Shown here: positions 59,197-64,000 of the stretch, piece by piece
Numbering within the stretch: position 1 is the first letter of the stretch
How the letters are laid out: each line of letters starts with the position of its first letter
Source of the DNA: an uncultured delta proteobacterium
GTDB lineage: Bacteria; Myxococcota; Myxococcia; Myxococcales; Myxococcaceae
Direction of reading: 5' to 3'
NCBI GenBank assembly: GCA_963713045.1
Contig: CAVQKE010000007.1
Span: forward strand, 96,001-160,000
DNA: 64,000 nt
The notes under the pieces: generated by a model
Databases searched by the model: none
What the model saw: the letters and a program-made list of their open reading frames with translations, nothing else
What the model was told of the DNA's origin: nothing
Made by a program: the position numbers and the translations under genes

Positions 59197-62100
59197 TTAG
59201 GCTACCGCTTGGTCGTCGTTGGCCGCGGCCGCGTCCCGCAGCCGCACCGACACCAACTTGGAGATGCCCGGCTCCTCCATGGTGACGCCGTACAGCGTGT
59301 CCGCCACTTCCATGGTGCGCTTGTTGTGGGTGATGAGGATGAATTGCGACTGGGCACTCATCTCCCGAAGCAGCGCGTTGTAGCGGCCGACGTTGGCCTC
59401 GTCGAGCGGCGCATCCACCTCATCCAGGACGCAGAAGGGCGAGGGCTTGATGAGGAAGATGGCGAAAATCAGGGCCACCGCGGTGAGCGCCTTCTCGCCG
59501 CCGGACAACAGGGTGACACTCTGCAGCTTCTTCCCCGGGGGCTGGGCGACGATGTCCACCCCTGCCTCGACCCCCGGCACCGGGTCGGCCATCAAAAGGC
59601 AGGCCCGGCCCCCGCCGAAGAGTCGCGGGAAGACGGCCTGAAACTTCTCGTTCACCGCGTCAAAGGTATGGGCGAAGCGCTCGGCGCTGGTGCGGTCAAT
59701 CTTCGAGATGGCGCTGCGCAGCTGGGCCAGGGTCGACTCCAGGTCCTGCTTCTGTGCGGCCAAGAAGCCGTGGCGCTCGGCCACCTCCCGGTGTTCATCG
59801 ATGGCGGTGAGGTTGATTTCTCCCATGCGCTCCACCTGCAGCCGCAGCTCTCTCAGCTCCGCCTCCGCGGCGTCGTCCAAAGGCGGCAGGAGATGAAAGC
59901 GGTGCAGCTGGTGGGTGACGTCCGTCTGGTGTCGGTCGCGCACCGCGTCCAGCAGGTGGGTGAATTCAAGCACCAGCTCGCGCTCCCGAAGGGTGAGCTG
60001 GCTCAGTCCTTCGGTCAGCCCGTCCAGGCTGGCCCGCTCCTCGCGAAGCCGCTGCTCCTCGGCCCGCACCCGGGCCGCCCGGGCGGTGTGGGCCTGCTGG
60101 CCGATGGAGAGCTCCTCGCGCCGTGCGGCGAGCTCCGCCGAGCGCGCCTGGTGCCCGGAGGCGGTCCCGGCAATTTTCGCCGACAAGTCTTGCGCGCGCT
60201 CCGCAGCCTGGGCGTGCGTCTCTCGGTGCCGCAAGGCGCGCAGAAGAAGCTGGTCGCGCGAGGCGACCGCTTCGGCCAGTGTGCGGCGGGCGGCCTCGCT
60301 GCGTTCGGCATTGGCGGCGCGGCGCACCTGCAAGTCCAGCAACTCGGCCTGGTGGGCCTCGGCGGAGGTGCGAAGCGACTCCAGGCGGTCCGCCAACTGC
60401 TTGACGCCCTCCTCGCGGGCAGCACGCTCGGCCTGAGCATGGGCCAACTCGCCCCTGGACGTCTCCTCGTCACGCTGCACCGCCAGCAGGCTTTGGTGGA
60501 GCCCCTCCGCCTCCAGGCCGGCCTGCGAGAGGCGTTCTTTCAGCGAAGCCAAGAGCTCGGCGGCCCGGGTGAGGTCCTTCTCCAGCGCGCTCCGGTTGAC
60601 TTCCTCCTCGTGGTGGTGCCGCTGCAGTCCCTTCAGCACCTCCTCGGTGTGCAGGACGTGTTTCTGCAGCGCGTAGCCTCGGGTGACGGCCTCCTGAAAG
60701 CGCTCTTCCAGGCCGACCAGCCCCTCGGCCAGCTCGGCAATTTCCCGCTTCTTCTGCAGCGCGCCCACCGCTGGGCCCTCCAGCACCCCACCGGTGACGG
60801 CGCCGTCCCGGCCCAACACCTCACCCTCCACCGTGACGCAGGTGAAGCTGCCCGGCGCGGCCGCGGCCACCGCACGGGCCGCGTCCAAGTCCTCCACCAG
60901 AAGGACTCCCTCCAGCAGGGCCTCCACCACCGCGCCAAAGGGTGCCTCCGTCCTCACCTCCTCCAGCGCCAAGGCGAGGACGCCGGGAATGCCAGCCGGC
61001 GGCGTGGGCCGAAGCGGCGGCCTGGGCTGCGCCGCCAGCGGGATGAAGGTGCTGCGGCCCTCGGCCAGGCTGCGCAAGTGGCCGGCCAGGGCAAAGGCCT
61101 GCTCGCTGTCCTCCACCAGCACGTTTTGTAGACGGGCCCCGAGCGCCGCCTCCACCGCCTTCTCAAAGCGCGCACTGGTGCTGACCACGTCCGCCACCAG
61201 GCCCCGCACGCCGCGGTGGCCTTCGGCTTCCGCCGCGTGCCGCATGATGGCGCGCACCCCGCGGTCGTACCCCTCGTAGTGGCGTTGAATCTCCCGCAGC
61301 GAATGCAGCCGGCTGCGCCGGTCGGCCAGCTCCTCCCGCAGCGAAATGACGGCCACTTCGTGCTCCGCGAAGGCGGCGCGGGCGCGGGCCAGGCTTTCCT
61401 CCTCGGCCCCGCTGCGCTCGGCCAATTCCAGGGTCAGCTGGCGACTGCGCGTCACCGCCCGCGTCACCTCACTTCGCTCGCGGTCGAGGGTGGCCACCTG
61501 GCTGCGCAGCGCCTCCGCCTCGGCTTCCGCGCGGGCGTGGCGCAGGGAAAGCTCGTCCCGTTTCTGCGCCAAGTTGACGAGGTTGTTCTCATGGTTGGCC
61601 ACCCGGGTGGCCAGGGCGAGCAGTGTCAGCCGCTGCTCTTCCAAGCGCCCGGTGGCGTCGGCCTGCATCACCTGCACCGCCTCCAGGCCTTCCAGGGCAC
61701 GCCGCAGCGCCGCCGACTCCTCTTCGGACGTCTCGCAGAGGCCGGCCAGCTCGGCATCGAGGGCCAGCGCCCGCGCCGCGAAGGCTTCGGCCAAGCCCTG
61801 CGCTTCCGCTAGCTCCGCGCCGCTGGTGACTTCGCTGGCTTCGGCCGCCGTCAAGTCCTCCTGCCAGTGGGCCAGGTTTTGCGCGTCCCGCTGGACGTCG
61901 GACTCAAGGGCGTGGGCGGTCTCGCCCAGTGTCTGTAACCGCAGCGCCTCGGCATCCAGGTCCGTCCGTTCAACGGCAATGGCATCCTCCAGCGCGCGGA
62001 CGGCTTCCACCGCCTGGCGTTCGGTGCCACTCAACGCCGAGAGCCGCTCCGCCAGCTGCTTTTGCTCCGCCGCCAGGGCAAGCCAGCGGTGTGCGGCGTG

Positions 62101-62796
62101 GTGCAGTTCTATCTCCCGCATCCGGCCGCGCAGCGTCCGGTACTTCTCCGCTTTGCGCGCCTGGCGCCCCAGCGTATCCAGCCGCTTGGCCAGCTCCGCC
62201 ACCAAGTCCGCCACCCGCAGCAGGTTGGCCTCGGTGGCCTCCATCTTTCGTTCCGCCGCCCGGCGGCGCGACTTGTACTTCGTCACTCCAGCCGCCTCCT
62301 CCAGCAGAAGGCGGCGGTCTTCGGGCTTACTGGAAACAATCAGGCCCACCCGGCCCTGTTCAATGATGGAGTAGGCGCGTGTCCCGACGCCGGTGCCGAG
62401 AAACAGCTCCACAATGTCCAGCAGCCGGCAGGGCGTCTTGTTGATGAGGTAGTCGGACTCCCCGGAACGAAACAGGCGCCGGGTGACGGTAATCTCCGGG
62501 TAGCCGGCATACTGCGGGGCCAGCGCGTCGGCGGCGTCAATGGACAGCGTCAGCGACACTTCGGCCATGGACAGCGGCCCGAGGGTTTCGCTGCCGCTGA
62601 AGATGACGTCCTCCATGCCTCGGCCGCGCAGCGCCTTGGCACTTTGCTCGCCCATCACCCAGCGCAGGGCGTCAACCACGTTGGACTTCCCGCAGCCGTT
62701 CGGCCCGACGACGCCGGTGATGCCGTCGCCGAAGGCAAACAGGCTGCGGTCCATGAAGGACTTGAAGCCGGTGATGTCCAGGCGCTGGATGCGCAT
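59197..62796 (-). CDS. smc: Chromosome segregation protein SMC
   Basis: GFKSF, GPNGCGKSN, hinge, LSGGEK, LDEVDAPLD. Confidence 0.97.
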   Translation of the reverse strand: MRIQRLDITGFKSFMDRSLFAFGDGITGVVGPNGCGKSNVVDALRWVMGEQSAKALRGRGMEDVIFSGSETLGPLSMAEVSLTLSIDAADALAPQYAGYPEITVTRRLFRSGESDYLINKTPCRLLDIVELFLGTGVGTRAYSIIEQGRVGLIVSSKPEDRRLLLEEAAGVTKYKSRRRAAERKMEATEANLLRVADLVAELAKRLDTLGRQARKAEKYRTLRGRMREIELHHAAHRWLALAAEQKQLAERLSALSGTERQAVEAVRALEDAIAVERTDLDAEALRLQTLGETAHALESDVQRDAQNLAHWQEDLTAAEASEVTSGAELAEAQGLAEAFAARALALDAELAGLCETSEEESAALRRALEGLEAVQVMQADATGRLEEQRLTLLALATRVANHENNLVNLAQKRDELSLRHARAEAEAEALRSQVATLDRERSEVTRAVTRSRQLTLELAERSGAEEESLARARAAFAEHEVAVISLREELADRRSRLHSLREIQRHYEGYDRGVRAIMRHAAEAEGHRGVRGLVADVVSTSARFEKAVEAALGARLQNVLVEDSEQAFALAGHLRSLAEGRSTFIPLAAQPRPPLRPTPPAGIPGVLALALEEVRTEAPFGAVVEALLEGVLLVEDLDAARAVAAAAPGSFTCVTVEGEVLGRDGAVTGGVLEGPAVGALQKKREIAELAEGLVGLEERFQEAVTRGYALQKHVLHTEEVLKGLQRHHHEEEVNRSALEKDLTRAAELLASLKERLSQAGLEAEGLHQSLLAVQRDEETSRGELAHAQAERAAREEGVKQLADRLESLRTSAEAHQAELLDLQVRRAANAERSEAARRTLAEAVASRDQLLLRALRHRETHAQAAERAQDLSAKIAGTASGHQARSAELAARREELSIGQQAHTARAARVRAEEQRLREERASLDGLTEGLSQLTLRERELVLEFTHLLDAVRDRHQTDVTHQLHRFHLLPPLDDAAEAELRELRLQVERMGEINLTAIDEHREVAERHGFLAAQKQDLESTLAQLRSAISKIDRTSAERFAHTFDAVNEKFQAVFPRLFGGGRACLLMADPVPGVEAGVDIVAQPPGKKLQSVTLLSGGEKALTAVALIFAIFLIKPSPFCVLDEVDAPLDEANVGRYNALLREMSAQSQFILITHNKRTMEVADTLYGVTMEEPGISKLVSVRLRDAAAANDDQAVA

Positions 62797-62832
62797 CGCG
62801 GGGCGTCGCTCCGGGAGGTGAGGGGGTGCTAC

Positions 62833-62841
62833 TTTTCCACA
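62833..62841 (+). promoter_or_regulatory. Possible DnaA box upstream of smc
   Basis: TTTTCCACA matches TTWTNCACA. Confidence 0.4.
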
Positions 62842-62923
62842 GGTTACGCGCCACTTTCGAGGTGAGCAAGCATGACGTCACATGACGTGACACTCGGTGA
62901 ATGGTCACGGCTTGCTGCACCGA

Positions 62924-64000
62924 CTAGGATTGCTCGACGGCTTGGACGGCCTGGGTTGCCGGCCGCGGTTCAATGCGGACTTTCAGGACGCGGGGCCCAT
63001 CCGTCTCCGCCACCCGCACTTCCCACTCCCCCACCGCGGCGGCGTCTCCGGGCACCGGCACCCGCCGCAGCTTGGCCATCAGGTAGCCGGCAATGGTGGT
63101 GACGTCGGAACCATCCACATCAAACTCCATGTCCAGTCGGTCCTTTAAGTCCTCCAGCGGTGTGCTGCCGGAAACTTCGAAGCGCCCGCCGGGCAGCGTC
63201 TTCACCTCCTCTGCGCGGCGGCCCAGCGTTGCCACGTCCCCCACCACCGCCGACACCACGTCGGAAACGCTGACGATGCCGGAGGTGCCGCCGTGCTCAT
63301 CCACCACCACCGCCAGCTGCCGCCGGCGCTTGGCAAACTCGGCCAGCAGCTGGTCCAGGGTGACGTTTTCCGGGACGAAGAGGACGGGCCGTTGCACCTG
63401 GGCCAAGCTTTTCAGCTTTCCCTCCGCCAACAGAACGAAGAGGTCCTTCACATTCACCACCCCTTCCACCTGGTCGAGGTTACCTCGGCACACCGGCACC
63501 CAGGTGTGGCCGGTGGCGCGTGCCTCGGCCAAGTTGTGCTCCAGCGACTCCTCGAGGTCGAGGTAGTGCACCTCGGTGCGGGGCACCAGAATCTGCCGCG
63601 CCGTCTTCTCCGTCATCGCCAGCGCCCGCTCCAGCAGCTCGGCCCGGGTGCTGTCGATGGTGCCCATTTCCGCCGCTGACGCGAGGATGACTCTCAATTC
63701 ATCCTCGGTGTGCGCCTGCTCCTGTCCCGGCCGCGCTCGAAACCCCAGCAGCCGCAGGACGAAGCCCGAAGCTTTGTTGACGAGCCACACCCCTGGGTAA
63801 AACAGCAGGTACAGCGCCCGCAGCGGGCCAGCCACCGCCATGGCGGTGGACTCGGCTTCTTGAATGGCGACGCCCTTCGGGACCAGCTCCCCCAGCACCA
63901 GGCACAGGAAGGTGACCAGCGAGAAGCCCAGCACCACCGAAACGCCGGGCAGCGCCGCCAGCAGCGCCGGATGCGTTTTCACCACCGGAAAAAACAACCG
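62924..64000 (-). CDS. Hemolysin-family/CNNM (DUF21-CBS-CBS-CorC) protein, 5' end outside window
   Basis: LGELVPK, CBS pair, VVDEHGGTSGIV, TIAGYL. Confidence 0.92.
   Translation of the reverse strand, partial: RLFFPVVKTHPALLAALPGVSVVLGFSLVTFLCLVLGELVPKGVAIQEAESTAMAVAGPLRALYLLFYPGVWLVNKASGFVLRLLGFRARPGQEQAHTEDELRVILASAAEMGTIDSTRAELLERALAMTEKTARQILVPRTEVHYLDLEESLEHNLAEARATGHTWVPVCRGNLDQVEGVVNVKDLFVLLAEGKLKSLAQVQRPVLFVPENVTLDQLLAEFAKRRRQLAVVVDEHGGTSGIVSVSDVVSAVVGDVATLGRRAEEVKTLPGGRFEVSGSTPLEDLKDRLDMEFDVDGSDVTTIAGYLMAKLRRVPVPGDAAAVGEWEVRVAETDGPRVLKVRIEPRPATQAVQAVEQS

Overview
A GC-rich chromosomal window from a myxobacterium (Myxococcota; gene content and order resemble the ffh–glt–rpoZ–groESL–smc region of Myxococcus-type genomes). 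From left to right: (1) a minus-strand energy operon encoding 2-oxoacid:ferredoxin oxidoreductase alpha/beta, a rubrerythrin-like di-iron protein and an 11-subunit complex I-like enzyme (nuoA, fused nuoBC, D, H, I, J, K, L, M, N; no nuoEFG in the window); (2) a small variable locus between tRNA-Leu(TAA) and ffh, with a tandemly repeated [tRNA-Leu 5' half – cargo gene – ffh 5' end] architecture and an IPT/TIG-repeat surface protein; (3) ffh, a RelA/SpoT-synthetase-like protein, and the Agl-Glt gliding motility cluster gltD-J; (4) a DnaD-like/DnaC-like pair, aspartokinase, a GldAFG-like ABC system, rpoZ, a response regulator, CIRCE-preceded groESL, PilZ, glutaredoxin, smc and a CNNM/hemolysin gene. 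Several genes (nuoL, nuoJ, nuoD, the DUF4340 gene, the response regulator, the IPT gene) have frameshifts that may be assembly indels. All calls come from motif and synteny recognition by eye; no searches were run.
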